Positions 30,678 through 41,558 of a DNA stretch of 64,000 nt are shown here, piece by piece (position 1 is the stretch's first letter; each line of letters begins with the position of its first letter). The stretch covers positions 654,477 through 718,476 of the forward strand of contig JBEKRK010000001.1 of NCBI GenBank assembly GCA_049518795.1. The letters are read 5' to 3'. Position numbers and translations under genes: made by a program. This DNA is from Sedimentisphaerales bacterium (GTDB taxonomy: Bacteria > Planctomycetota > Phycisphaerae > Sedimentisphaerales > UBA12454). The notes beneath the pieces are model-generated. The model saw only the letters and a list, made by a program, of their open reading frames with translations. It searched no databases and was not told the origin of the DNA.

Positions 30678-31775
30678 ATGATTAGAAACCAAGATTTTAA
30701 GTTCAAATTACGGTTAGAAGAAATTCTTGTATGCCCCATTTGCAACGGAGATTTAGCGTTTGACGTAGTAAAACAAGATAATTTAGGAATCGAGGAAGGA
30801 ATAATTACTTGTCTTTCCTGTAAACAGACATATTTAATTAATGAGGGTATATTTGATTTTTGGGTTGGCGAAAAAGAAAGAGAAGGAAATAAAGGCGATT
30901 TTTGGTCCCAGAATGAATTTGAGAAGCTGTATCAAAGAACGGGCTACTATGAGAATGACTACGAATGGCGGGATAAACAGGGTGTCCCAAGGCAAGTTAC
31001 TGATTATGATTACCCGCTAATTGAAGGAAGGCTCTTAGAGTGGCTTAAGCCCCACGAGGGGGACATCATTTTAGATGTAGGTTGTGGGGTGGGGGACAAA
31101 GAGTTTGCTATTTTGGATGGATACTCTCTTGATTTGTTTTTCATAGGTGTGGAAATTTCCAGAAATCGCTTAAAATCATTGATAAAGAGGGCACAAAAAG
31201 AAAAATACCCGATTGTGCCCATATTAGCTGATGCCGAGAAACTGCCAATAAGAACTCAAAAGATGGACCTGGTTTTGTGCACTGAAGTATTAGAGCACAT
31301 ATTTGATAAAAAGAGGGCGCTGCGGGAGATGAGCCGAGTTCTAAAAAACAGAGGAAGATTATTACTGTCCACTCCGTCAAGATTTGCAGAATCATTTTGG
31401 TCTAATATGTATGGAATTATTTTAAACTTACTACATTTTTGGAAGATTCCGAAGAAGATTTTGGGCCGTTTGTTTCCCGCTAATGCAGCTTATTCGGAGA
31501 TTGCAAAAAAGAAACGTGAAAGAGCATACGATAATCCTTTATTCAGTTGGGAATTACGGAAACTTTTACGCTCCAATAATTTTAACATTCTGAATTATGA
31601 GCTCAATGTTATAATACCTGAAAGGAATGTTTTCAGGGTATTGCCTCATTCGTGGAGTGTGATTTTGCTAAGGATTTGTTCATTTGTAGAAAACAACTTG
31701 AAATTTATATTTAAGTTTATGGCTCTCCATATAGTTACAAATAGTGAGAAGATAAATCCGCGAGAACAGGAATGA
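30678..31775 (+). CDS. Trm112-like zinc ribbon fused to a class I SAM methyltransferase
   Basis: CPICNGDL...CLSCKQTY ribbon, then ILDVGCGVGD and VLCTEVLEHI. Confidence 0.75.
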   Translation: MIRNQDFKFKLRLEEILVCPICNGDLAFDVVKQDNLGIEEGIITCLSCKQTYLINEGIFDFWVGEKEREGNKGDFWSQNEFEKLYQRTGYYENDYEWRDKQGVPRQVTDYDYPLIEGRLLEWLKPHEGDIILDVGCGVGDKEFAILDGYSLDLFFIGVEISRNRLKSLIKRAQKEKYPIVPILADAEKLPIRTQKMDLVLCTEVLEHIFDKKRALREMSRVLKNRGRLLLSTPSRFAESFWSNMYGIILNLLHFWKIPKKILGRLFPANAAYSEIAKKKRERAYDNPLFSWELRKLLRSNNFNILNYELNVIIPERNVFRVLPHSWSVILLRICSFVENNLKFIFKFMALHIVTNSEKINPREQE

Positions 31776-32896
31776 TACCAGTATTTAGACCTAAAATGAT
31801 AAAAGAGGAAATCCTCCGGGAGCTGGAAAAGATATTTGACTCCGGCTGGATCGGACTTGGTCCAAAAACGGAGGAGTTTGAACAAAAGTTTGCGGAGTAT
31901 ATAGGTGTCAAGTATGCGGTCGGCGTAAATTCTGCCACGGCTGCGCTGCATCTGGCAAATCTGGCCTTAGGGATAGGCCCAGAGGATGAGGTTATAGTCC
32001 CCTCTATGACTTTTGTCTCAACGGCGCTGGCTCCTTTATATTGCGGAGGCACCCCTGTTTTTGCTGATATAGAGGAAGATACGCTTTGTATTGACCCGGC
32101 CGATGTTGAGAAAAAAGTGACATCAAAAACAAAAGCGGTAATCCCTGTTCATTACGGAGGCCATGCCTGCAGGATGGATGAAATAATGGAAATAGCACGT
32201 AAACACAATCTTTATGTCGTAGAAGACGCGGCTCATGGCTGTGGTAGTAAATATAAGAACTGCATGCTGGGTTCTGTTGGTGTTATGGGATGTTTTAGTT
32301 TTCATGCCGTAAAGAACTTGCCCACGGGTGATGGCGGAATGATAACCACTAACGATGAGAAAATATATAACGACCTCAAGAAATTAAGGTGGGTGGGGAT
32401 CGACAAAGGCACTTGGGATAGATCCACAAAAAAAGGCTACTCCTGGCAATACGCCGTAAATAAATTGGGCTTTAAGTACCATATGAATGATATAACGGCA
32501 GTTATTGGGTTAGCACAACTTAAGGCACTTGATGAACATAACTTAATTCGTCGAGAGTCCGCTCGAAAATATGATGAAGCATTTAAAGATGTGGCCTGGA
32601 TTAAGACTCCGGTGGAAAAAGATTATACTTATAGTTGTCGTCACAATTATGTTGTGAAGGTCCCGTTCAGAAATGAGTTGAATGAGTATCTTGGCACGAA
32701 GGGCATTTCTACGGGTGTCCATTATGAGCCAATTCATCACTTCAAGATTTTTGGTGATGCGAAGACTGATTTACCAATTACCGAAATGGTATGGCCACGG
32801 CTGCTTACGCTTCCACTTTATCCAGATATGACAAAAGGCGAACTTGATAAAGTCGTAACTGAAGTCATTATGTTCGGCAGGCAAAAAAGGCTGTAG
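31772..32896 (+). CDS. DegT/DnrJ/EryC1/StrS-family sugar aminotransferase
   Basis: WIGLGPKTEEFE, and SFHAVKNL with the PLP lysine. Confidence 0.9.
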   Translation: MIPVFRPKMIKEEILRELEKIFDSGWIGLGPKTEEFEQKFAEYIGVKYAVGVNSATAALHLANLALGIGPEDEVIVPSMTFVSTALAPLYCGGTPVFADIEEDTLCIDPADVEKKVTSKTKAVIPVHYGGHACRMDEIMEIARKHNLYVVEDAAHGCGSKYKNCMLGSVGVMGCFSFHAVKNLPTGDGGMITTNDEKIYNDLKKLRWVGIDKGTWDRSTKKGYSWQYAVNKLGFKYHMNDITAVIGLAQLKALDEHNLIRRESARKYDEAFKDVAWIKTPVEKDYTYSCRHNYVVKVPFRNELNEYLGTKGISTGVHYEPIHHFKIFGDAKTDLPITEMVWPRLLTLPLYPDMTKGELDKVVTEVIMFGRQKRL

Positions 32897-32905
32897 GATA
32901 TTTGT

Positions 32906-34066
32906 ATGAAGGTATTGTTTCTAACATACGGGCCGCCGGTGGTAGCAAGCAGCAGAACACGTGTATTTCAATACCTGCCTTTTTTTCAAAAAGAAGGTAT
33001 AAGATACAAAGTAATCACTAATAGTACCGGATTAACTTATTGGCCATCTGCATTCCCTTTCAGCAAAGCCACACAGAAGGTTACCGGCAAAAGTAAGCGT
33101 TTTGAAAAAGTTTCTTATTACTTAACCAAGTTTTTTTGTTCCGACACCCTTGTTATAAGAATGACAAAAGTATCTGCAGCCAAGATGGTACAAATGTTCG
33201 ATGCACTTTTTTCATTTTTTCAAATTGGAAGATTTATTTTTTTGGCGATGTTTTACGATGTGCTTTTCATTCAAAAGGTTTTTATTCCAACTTTTGTTTT
33301 TAAATTGTATTCAGGCATTTTCAAGAAGAAATTTGCTTTCGATTTTGATGATGCTATTTATGCAAATCCCAAAGACTTTAATAAAAGGAGACTCGACCAA
33401 CAATTGCCCTTGTGCAATCTTTTAGTGCTTGAAAACACATTCACGGAAGAATACGCCCGCCAATTTACAGATAATAATATACTGGTCATTTTAGGCCCTA
33501 TAGACTGTAATCGCTATTATCCCAAAAATCAGATTAGAAGAGATGCCGTCGTTGTTGGGTGGATCGGCAGTCCTGCCACACAAGCTTATCTTGATATGCT
33601 CGAAGATGTATTCAAAAGATTGAACGAAACCCATACAAATTTAATTTTCGAATTTATTGGCACTCGAAGCACGAAATTTATGAGAGAGCCCTTCAGGCAA
33701 AAAATGTGGAATTTAGATACTGAGGTTGCAGACTTGCAGAACTTCGACATAGGGATTATGCCGCTGCCTGATGATGAATGGACAAGAGGCAAGGGTGGTT
33801 ACAAACTTTTGCAATATATGGCGGTGGGTATTCCCTGCATTGCTTCACCGGTAGGAATAAATATGGAACTGATTAAGGACGGGGAAAATGGATTTTTAGC
33901 TGCCACAGAAGACGAATGGTACGAAAAAATTTCACTTCTTATTCGGGACCCGGAACTAAGAAAAAACATAGGGATGAGAGGGAGGAATTTTGTGGTTAAA
34001 AATTACTCATTTGAAGTTGCAGCTCCAAAGCTAATCTCGGTTTTAGAGCAACTGAATTGCCGGTAA
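32906..34066 (+). CDS. GT-B glycosyltransferase (GT4-like C-terminal domain)
   Basis: C-terminal GKGGYKLLQYMAVGIPCIASPVG...GENGFL. Confidence 0.7.
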   Translation: MKVLFLTYGPPVVASSRTRVFQYLPFFQKEGIRYKVITNSTGLTYWPSAFPFSKATQKVTGKSKRFEKVSYYLTKFFCSDTLVIRMTKVSAAKMVQMFDALFSFFQIGRFIFLAMFYDVLFIQKVFIPTFVFKLYSGIFKKKFAFDFDDAIYANPKDFNKRRLDQQLPLCNLLVLENTFTEEYARQFTDNNILVILGPIDCNRYYPKNQIRRDAVVVGWIGSPATQAYLDMLEDVFKRLNETHTNLIFEFIGTRSTKFMREPFRQKMWNLDTEVADLQNFDIGIMPLPDDEWTRGKGGYKLLQYMAVGIPCIASPVGINMELIKDGENGFLAATEDEWYEKISLLIRDPELRKNIGMRGRNFVVKNYSFEVAAPKLISVLEQLNCR

Positions 34067-34167
34067 GCGGTCATATATTGTCTGATGCGAAATCCTGCTG
34101 CCGGTGTTTTAACGCCGCCTGTAAGTATTGCTATTTTAATCTGGTCAACCATATCAATTATCTATTA

Positions 34168-35448
34168 TCAATTTGATAAATGCAGGCCTGGTTTAATTTT
34201 TGTTCTGAAATATGTTTCATATATCACTACACGGGCCGCATAGCTGATTACCGTCGCAACCGCCGTCCCTTTGATTCCCATAATCGGCACAAGGACAATA
34301 TTCAAAATCAGGTTCAGTAAAACATGCAACACATTGACAGTCTGAGTTACCTTATATTTTTTCAAGGAGTTGAAAACCACTTCATAAAAAATATTGTAAA
34401 GGGCCAGCGCTGCAGCTATAAGCAAAATTCTGAGAACTGCTGCCGAACCTTCATATACGTTCTGATAGACAATTCTAAAGGCGAAAGGCGCAAAAATAAA
34501 AATCAGCGAGATAACCGCAAGCCCAACAAAGAATATACGCGGTCTTTTGCGCCACAGATATTCATGAATCTTTGTCCTGTCCTGAATATGCTGACTGACG
34601 AATGGCAGAAAATAAATGTATATGAGAAATATCAACATCAGAATACTTCTATAAATATCACAGCCGAGGTTGTATGTGCCTATATTGCTCGTCGAAGTAT
34701 TAAATCTCAGGACGATATTGTCGTTGCCCCATGAGATAAAATATGAGGCGGTGGCACCGATGAAAACCCACTTCGCAAAAGCAATAGTGTCCCTGAATTG
34801 CTGCCTGTCAAACAAAAAAGGCGTCAACAGCCTGAAATCAACTCCTTTAATAAACACAATAAGAACCAGCAGGCCTGCAACAAAATAAACGCTAAATACG
34901 GTTTTCAGATTAACCGAACCAGTCAGACAAAGTGTAATAATGCATATAAGAATAACGCTGCCAAACACAAATTCAGCAAGAGCATTTTTCATCCTCTGGC
35001 CAAGCGCCAGAAAAAGGTCGCAGATGAATGTCTTCATCGCAATTCCGGCAAATGCCGCGATTACGATAAATATGTCAGCGGGGGGAATTTTTGCGAAATC
35101 GGTAATTTTTTTTGAACCAGAAACAATTAAAAGTAAAAATACTGTCAGACTAAAAGCATAAAATGCACACAGCACCGAAAAAGATTTGTTTATTTTGCCT
35201 GATTTTTCCTTTTCCTGATTCGCAAAAACAACAAAAGGAGTCTGCATATAATACAAAAGCTGCGTTGTGAAAAAGAACACTGCCGTTTTTGTCAGATAGT
35301 AGTTACCCATTAATGCAGGTGTCAGGAACTTTGCAATAATCAGTGGTGTTAACATCCCAAGCCCCTGTCCAAAAGCAGCAAGAATACCGAACTGTAAAAA
35401 AACTCTGCCTTCTGCCAGCTCGCCTTTGATTTTACTTAGGACTTGCAT
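34168..35448 (-). CDS. wzx: MOP-superfamily polysaccharide flippase (Wzx-like)
   Basis: 426 aa, about 12 TM, with the composition typical of O-unit flippases. Confidence 0.75.
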   Translation of the reverse strand: MQVLSKIKGELAEGRVFLQFGILAAFGQGLGMLTPLIIAKFLTPALMGNYYLTKTAVFFFTTQLLYYMQTPFVVFANQEKEKSGKINKSFSVLCAFYAFSLTVFLLLIVSGSKKITDFAKIPPADIFIVIAAFAGIAMKTFICDLFLALGQRMKNALAEFVFGSVILICIITLCLTGSVNLKTVFSVYFVAGLLVLIVFIKGVDFRLLTPFLFDRQQFRDTIAFAKWVFIGATASYFISWGNDNIVLRFNTSTSNIGTYNLGCDIYRSILMLIFLIYIYFLPFVSQHIQDRTKIHEYLWRKRPRIFFVGLAVISLIFIFAPFAFRIVYQNVYEGSAAVLRILLIAAALALYNIFYEVVFNSLKKYKVTQTVNVLHVLLNLILNIVLVPIMGIKGTAVATVISYAARVVIYETYFRTKIKPGLHLSN

Positions 35449-36059
35449 ATAATGAAATCTTCTTTTGTAAATGTTACCCCTACTGCCCTGCAGGGCAGCA
35501 TATAACAGAGATTTTCTTCGTAAAACTCCTGAATTAACGAGTTCAGATTAAATATAATCTGAAGCAGACGTTTAAAAATTTTTCCTAACAGAAACGGCGA
35601 ATCAAAGAGAATTTTCTGCGAAAGAATTCTGATTTTAAAAGGAAAATAGTAATCAGGGACTTTGCGCCTGAGCTGATGCTTTGATTCAACAAAATAGTAG
35701 AAACTATACAATCCGAAGAACCTTCTGTGCGTCGGGTCGGAATAATAGTAAGGATTTGAAAAATGAGGCACCTCGACAACAACTTTTCCACCTTTCTTCA
35801 GAACCCTTATCATTTCACTCATCAGCTTTTCAAAATTAGATATATGCTCCAGACAACTAAGACAATATATCGTATCAATTGAATTATCCGGTATGAATTC
35901 AAGTCCATCTTCGATATCCGCAACGATATCCACCTGGGGTAAATCCGCCCTGTCAATACCAATTGCCCCGGTTTTTTTCTGTTTGCCGCAGCCAATATCC
36001 AACACAACCGGCTTGCAGCTTAAAACCCGCTCCAAATCTATTTTTATCTGAGGCTTCAT
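35436..36059 (-). CDS. class I SAM-dependent methyltransferase
   Basis: VLDIGCGKQKK, CLSCLEHI, and LKKGGKVVVEVP. Confidence 0.75.
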   Translation of the reverse strand: MKPQIKIDLERVLSCKPVVLDIGCGKQKKTGAIGIDRADLPQVDIVADIEDGLEFIPDNSIDTIYCLSCLEHISNFEKLMSEMIRVLKKGGKVVVEVPHFSNPYYYSDPTHRRFFGLYSFYYFVESKHQLRRKVPDYYFPFKIRILSQKILFDSPFLLGKIFKRLLQIIFNLNSLIQEFYEENLCYMLPCRAVGVTFTKEDFIICKS

Positions 36060-36071
36060 ATAAATCCCTTA

Positions 36072-37832
36072 TCAATATTCAAGTCGGAATACGTTGATAA
36101 ACCTTTCGCCACTTCTGATTTGCGTTACAAATTTATAAGGCCCTTCATCCCGGGGATTAACCAGAAAAGGAACTGTTTTGTGCATATTCAGCACCCGGTC
36201 GCCATAAGGGTCTTTGCTAAAGCCTTCCCTGCTTGCCCAGCAGACATAAGTAACATTTTGCTTCCGGAATTTCTCAACAAGCTCTTCTGGAGTTTCGGCA
36301 TAAGAAAAGCTAATAATACTCTCTTTGGATTGAGGCACAAATATTCCCACTGTCTCGCACATATACACTACCATTTTCTCATTTAATTTGGCATTTTCAG
36401 CATACCAGTCCGCCAGATATTTAAACTCAATGTCCTGTTTGCCGTCTCCCAACAGAGGTGAAAGAGAAAACTGATTAGATACAACGATAAAAATCATTAT
36501 TGCTGCAACTGCCGCATCAGATAATAAATATCTGAATTTATACAAAAAGATTCTCAATAGAACTATCAAAACAACCGCGAAAATTACGACAAAAGGCAAA
36601 AACCTGACCGCGGAACAAAACGCCGCAAGCTGGCTTAAATAAGGCACAAGAGGTGTTATCAAAAATAATATAATAACCAATATGGCGGCCTGAAAAATCT
36701 TAATTATAACATTAGGCACAGGTGTTTTGCTGTTTATAATGTCCCAAACCTGTTTAATGCCATATATACTTATCAGCAAAACTATCCAAAAGGTTGTCGA
36801 ATAATACCTAGGTATCGGATAAGGATAAAAAGCGTGAATAAGAAAATAAGGAATTAAAAAAATCAGCAGGGGAAGTATCAGCCAGTTTTTCTTAATAAGA
36901 CCATAAATTGTTCCAAATGCAAAAATTGCTAACGTCATAAACTTATTCAGAAACCATAATGTTCCAAACGCTTCCTGACTCGACTTAGGGTCTATCATAA
37001 ATAAAGGCCTGAAACCCGCATTCCATATTAAACCCAAATGCATTATTATTCCAGTCCGATCCTTAATAATATAATATTGGTCATGTTTTTTCCCTTGAAT
37101 AAAAGTCGTTAGATAGTGTTCTCCGGCTGCCATGCTTGCACTATGTAAAAATGTGCCTACGAGCCATAACATTAAAGGAACAGAAGCCAGTGCGGAATAG
37201 ACAAATGCAATAATCCGCTCCTTTTTTGTTTTCTTATATATCATATCCATTATAAATGCAGCCAGAATTAACGCCGCTCCTTCGTATCGCACCATCGTTG
37301 TGACAGACGCTGTCAGATACGCCCAGCTCGAATTTCTGAAGATAAGACACACCGTCAGTAAAACGAAAAACAGCAGCGGTATGTCCGCAAGAGGTTCTCT
37401 GAGCAGATATACCGTCCAGGGATTTATCGCAACAATTATTGCAAGCCATATTGCGGTTTTGCCTATCATCCTTTTGCCGATTAACCACGTAAGAACAAGA
37501 ATCAACGGATAAAGGACGGCATTCAGAAACCAGCCTCCCCTTAAATCGGGAAATCTTCCGCCGGCAATTTTACCGAAAAGAACCTGCAAAACACCTGTTA
37601 CGGGCCCTCTCTTGAAATCTGTGGGGCACTTAAACGACAAAATCTCATGGCCGGTTCGCACAAAAGCCGGAAAATCAGATATCGGTACAACTTTATGGCC
37701 GAAAAGAATGATACTTTGATAAACGCCGATAGCTATTAAAATGCAGACTGCAAAATATTCAAAAAACCTGTCCTGTTTGTCTGTATTTGGTTTCAGCTCA
37801 ACCGGTTTTATTTTTTGTTTTTTCGCTTTCAT
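36072..37832 (-). CDS. large polytopic membrane protein, GT-C / polymerase-like
   Basis: More than 12 TM segments plus a C-terminal soluble domain. Start placed at the MKAKKQK ATG (37832) to remove a 53 nt overlap; 37898 is possible. Confidence 0.5.
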   Translation of the reverse strand: MKAKKQKIKPVELKPNTDKQDRFFEYFAVCILIAIGVYQSIILFGHKVVPISDFPAFVRTGHEILSFKCPTDFKRGPVTGVLQVLFGKIAGGRFPDLRGGWFLNAVLYPLILVLTWLIGKRMIGKTAIWLAIIVAINPWTVYLLREPLADIPLLFFVLLTVCLIFRNSSWAYLTASVTTMVRYEGAALILAAFIMDMIYKKTKKERIIAFVYSALASVPLMLWLVGTFLHSASMAAGEHYLTTFIQGKKHDQYYIIKDRTGIIMHLGLIWNAGFRPLFMIDPKSSQEAFGTLWFLNKFMTLAIFAFGTIYGLIKKNWLILPLLIFLIPYFLIHAFYPYPIPRYYSTTFWIVLLISIYGIKQVWDIINSKTPVPNVIIKIFQAAILVIILFLITPLVPYLSQLAAFCSAVRFLPFVVIFAVVLIVLLRIFLYKFRYLLSDAAVAAIMIFIVVSNQFSLSPLLGDGKQDIEFKYLADWYAENAKLNEKMVVYMCETVGIFVPQSKESIISFSYAETPEELVEKFRKQNVTYVCWASREGFSKDPYGDRVLNMHKTVPFLVNPRDEGPYKFVTQIRSGERFINVFRLEY

Positions 37833-37845
37833 AATTTTAACCCAG

Positions 37846-40005
37846 TCAATTATTTTGTCCGATACCCAATACAGTCCGCAAGGTTGGCTTATATACAAAT
37901 TCTATACGATGCTCTCCTTTTTCGACAGCAACCGATTTAAATGTGCCGAAAAGTAGTTCTATTTTCTTCCCTTTGCCGTCAACAAACACTTTCCAGCTGC
38001 TGTCCCAGTTATCAATAAAACTAACATACCCGTTTGCAGGAGCATCCATTCTCCAATCCAATTTATCGCCCGTGTATAACCACGGATAACCTGAATTTCC
38101 ATACCGTAAAGCGTCGTTTAAAAAATCTCTTACGGTATTATAGGCTATGGATTCGGAAAAGAATACTTTCCGTCCGCCGAATACGCCAAGTAGAATTCGT
38201 TGTGCCTCTAAATCATCGGATTTCCCCTCGAAAAATTTTATATAACGCTCAAAATACCAGTTTGGCAATATACCGACGCTAAAGACAGGTTGAAGTGAGA
38301 TTGAAAACCTGCGATGGTCGTCGCCTTCTATTCTTACATAATTAAATGATGCCTGATTTATCTTGGCAACATCCATATTAATTCTAAAATCCAGCGGTCG
38401 GCCCTTAATCGTCCAAGTATGTGTTCCAACCGGCCACATCTCAAGAACAGAGGTAGCTGCCAATAAAACGGAAATTATAATCAAAGCTTTATTGTTCCCG
38501 AATGCATATTTTTTAGCTACTATCAATATTAACAGGATAACCGCAAAAGCCGCGATTCCCAGATATACGAACCATATCCCATCAGATTGAGAATATCCCA
38601 GATACTCTCCCCAATAGAAGTCATATACTTTATTCTTAACAAGATAAAGCTGGGCACCCAGAATTACAGCATAAACCAAAATTAGCGTTGTAATTGTCTG
38701 ATTTTTCTTCCAGAAACCTTTTTGTTCCACTGAAATAGAAACAGAGATTATACTTTCAAAATAGTTAAGGGCTAACGTTAGCAGCCACGCCAATATAGGC
38801 AGAAGAATAATATTCATTCTGCCCCAGATACGAAGGCTGGAAAAGCCCGGCATATATTTCCATAAAAATATGAAAAGATATGAATTCTTGCCGTAACTTA
38901 TGTAACTTATGATTGCAATCCAAAGAACAAAAAATATTTTTACAATTCCTTCCGAAGACGAAGAACCTGCGGGCGATTTTTCAGCAGATTTTGCTAATAA
39001 ATATAAAAGAATTATCAACAAAGCTGTTATGCTGAAGAAATACCAGCCCTCCGCCCGCGACGCAGGAGGGTAAACTAACGACCCAATCGTATCAACTAAA
39101 TTAAATGGGTTGTCTGTTGAATAACCAAAGTCATGACCTGCACGGTCAGTTACCTGGGCCATCAGATTTTTAATAGCCAGCAGGTAAGGCATACAAATCA
39201 AACTGCTTAAAACGCCGGAGACTGTCAAAGTAATAATGACAGGCTTCCATTCTATTGTATCCATACCAAGCAGATACCGGCGTAATGGCCTGACAAGAAA
39301 GATGAGAATATACGGCAAAAATAAGAACTGGGAATAATAAACATAGTATGGGTATCCTCCTGTGCACATACATATTATAAAGAAAACAAATATCAAACCC
39401 GAAAATATTCTGCTTGTCAGAGACCTGCTTATAAACATTTTTGTTATCGCGTAAAGAACCCACGGATACCACGCAGCGGTATGCACTGCATTGGGAAATC
39501 TCAATAACTCCGTCATTTTAAAACTTACGGAAATAATAATGGTGCTCAGTATCACGGCTCTTATATTTTTGTTGATTAATCGAAGCCATTTGTATAATCC
39601 CAGCGCGAATATTGAAATGCCGATTATTGTGAAAACCTGGTGGTCTAACGGATTATATCCGCCGCTTATTTTATACCATATAGTCAAAGGTATATTTAAT
39701 GGATAAAACGCCTGGGCAAATGGGTTTGTAAAGAATGGAAATCCAGCAGATTCTGAAGGCGACCAGAGAGGAAATTTAAATTTGGCAAGGCACGCAAGTA
39801 AATAAATCTTATACCTATAATACAATACCATAAAATCATTGGAAGCCGCTACATATTGTCCATTTATGGGAATAATATGATTAAATAAATATATCATCGG
39901 CCAGAAAAACACAAAAAAACCCGCCAGCCAGCCGAATCTGGTTTTGGTTCCGCCGTTCAAGGATACTTCCTTCTTTAAATCAGATCGGTTATTTTTTGCT
40001 ATCAT
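37846..40005 (-). CDS. large polytopic membrane protein, YfhO-like glycosyltransferase candidate
   Basis: 719 aa with many TM helices and a C-terminal beta-rich domain. Size and architecture resemble YfhO family proteins. Confidence 0.5.
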   Translation of the reverse strand: MIAKNNRSDLKKEVSLNGGTKTRFGWLAGFFVFFWPMIYLFNHIIPINGQYVAASNDFMVLYYRYKIYLLACLAKFKFPLWSPSESAGFPFFTNPFAQAFYPLNIPLTIWYKISGGYNPLDHQVFTIIGISIFALGLYKWLRLINKNIRAVILSTIIISVSFKMTELLRFPNAVHTAAWYPWVLYAITKMFISRSLTSRIFSGLIFVFFIICMCTGGYPYYVYYSQFLFLPYILIFLVRPLRRYLLGMDTIEWKPVIITLTVSGVLSSLICMPYLLAIKNLMAQVTDRAGHDFGYSTDNPFNLVDTIGSLVYPPASRAEGWYFFSITALLIILLYLLAKSAEKSPAGSSSSEGIVKIFFVLWIAIISYISYGKNSYLFIFLWKYMPGFSSLRIWGRMNIILLPILAWLLTLALNYFESIISVSISVEQKGFWKKNQTITTLILVYAVILGAQLYLVKNKVYDFYWGEYLGYSQSDGIWFVYLGIAAFAVILLILIVAKKYAFGNNKALIIISVLLAATSVLEMWPVGTHTWTIKGRPLDFRINMDVAKINQASFNYVRIEGDDHRRFSISLQPVFSVGILPNWYFERYIKFFEGKSDDLEAQRILLGVFGGRKVFFSESIAYNTVRDFLNDALRYGNSGYPWLYTGDKLDWRMDAPANGYVSFIDNWDSSWKVFVDGKGKKIELLFGTFKSVAVEKGEHRIEFVYKPTLRTVLGIGQNN

Positions 40006-41558
40006 ATAGTTTCTTTACTTTTTTCTTCTATTTCCTGTATTTTTTTGTCCTTGGCCTTATGTGCATCGTCAAGCAGGTGTTCTAATGTCGGCAAAGGTTT
40101 TGCCATAACCGCAATCTGATAGGAAAACAGGGCTTTGGAAATCAAAATCAAAATTTTATTGACCCAAAGTAAAAAATCAGCCATTTTGCCCCGGCCTACA
40201 GCAAGCGGAAACGGAGCCGGGATGCCTTGTTTTTTTACGACTTCATATCCGGCATTTTCCAGCGTTCTTATTAACGAATAAAAACTGAACAAACGTGTAT
40301 GGCTTAAATCAAGAATACCCCTTTTGCCGTAATTAAAACTACCCCAAAGCAGGCTCAATCTCATAGGCAAAAAAGCGATATTTCCGGTTGTGATGATTAT
40401 AGCAGGATTATCTTTGGAAAATCTTTGCCGCAACGTAAGCAGAAATTGCTCCGGCGATTTGAGATGCTCGATAATATCAAGAGCCAGCACACAATCTACT
40501 TTGCCGAAATCATCGTTAAAATCATACTTTTCAACATCAGCTTCGACATATTTCCAGGAATTTTCTTTTACCTGCGGCTGAATCTGCAAATCAATCGAAA
40601 CGGTTTGGACGCCCTTCTCTTTAAGTTTTTCTGCTATAAATCCCGGACCGCAGCCAATATCAATAACAGTCGCACCCAGCTTGACATTATCCAGTGCAAA
40701 TTGCTGCGAGCTTGCGTATCCGAATTTACTTTCATAATGAGCATTTGAACCCCGGCCATAATCAAATTTGGGATGATAATACAAACCAATTTTGTTCAGA
40801 CGCGATCGTATGCAGGACCCGATAATCCGAATCGCATACCTGATACCGTTGACTCTGCAGATTTCATCGCCGTAGAAGGTGGGAATAGGGATTTCCTTGA
40901 TTCTTTTTCCTGTATCCACAAGCTGAATTATTATATCCGTATCAAAATCAAAATAATTTGAATTAAACTCGAAAGGTATTTCAGAAAGAGTTTTTATACT
41001 GTAAGCCCGATAGCCGCTGTGGAACTCCGAAAGCCGCGATTTTATGATTTTGTTCTGAATAGAAGTCAATATCTGATTGCCAATCCATTTATAAAAAGGC
41101 ATTCGGCCTTTAAGAGCGCTAATACGGTTAATCATCCGGGAGCCGAAAACCACATCAGCTTCGTTTTCAATAATCGGCTTTATCATCTGGTCAAGATATT
41201 CGGGAGCATATTGGCCGTCGCCGTGAAGCAAAACAACGGCATCGAAACCCTGCTTGATGGCATAGCAATAGCCTATTTTCTGATTGCCTCCGTAACCCTG
41301 ATTCCTCGGATTATACAGCACCGTAATATGACGTTCAGGATGAAGCCGGCAATAATTATGTGCCCTGTCAAAAGTCTTGTCGAAAGACTGGTCGTCTATA
41401 ATCAGCACCTCGCTGTTATAGTATTCATTATTCCATATTGTTTGCGGAATACGGTCAAGCACGGCTTCAATTGTGCTTTCCGCGTTATAGCAGACAATAA
41501 AAATTAAAACTTTCTTCTTGTCGGTATATAAATTTTCCGCAGTTTTATCATCCATCAT
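40002..41558 (-). CDS. bifunctional GT2 glycosyltransferase (N-terminal) / SAM methyltransferase (C-terminal)
   Basis: VLIFIVCYNAE, IIDDQSFD and LLHGDGQY, followed by VIDIGCGPGFIAEKL and ALDIIEHL. Confidence 0.8.
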   Translation of the reverse strand: MMDDKTAENLYTDKKKVLIFIVCYNAESTIEAVLDRIPQTIWNNEYYNSEVLIIDDQSFDKTFDRAHNYCRLHPERHITVLYNPRNQGYGGNQKIGYCYAIKQGFDAVVLLHGDGQYAPEYLDQMIKPIIENEADVVFGSRMINRISALKGRMPFYKWIGNQILTSIQNKIIKSRLSEFHSGYRAYSIKTLSEIPFEFNSNYFDFDTDIIIQLVDTGKRIKEIPIPTFYGDEICRVNGIRYAIRIIGSCIRSRLNKIGLYYHPKFDYGRGSNAHYESKFGYASSQQFALDNVKLGATVIDIGCGPGFIAEKLKEKGVQTVSIDLQIQPQVKENSWKYVEADVEKYDFNDDFGKVDCVLALDIIEHLKSPEQFLLTLRQRFSKDNPAIIITTGNIAFLPMRLSLLWGSFNYGKRGILDLSHTRLFSFYSLIRTLENAGYEVVKKQGIPAPFPLAVGRGKMADFLLWVNKILILISKALFSYQIAVMAKPLPTLEHLLDDAHKAKDKKIQEIEEKSKETI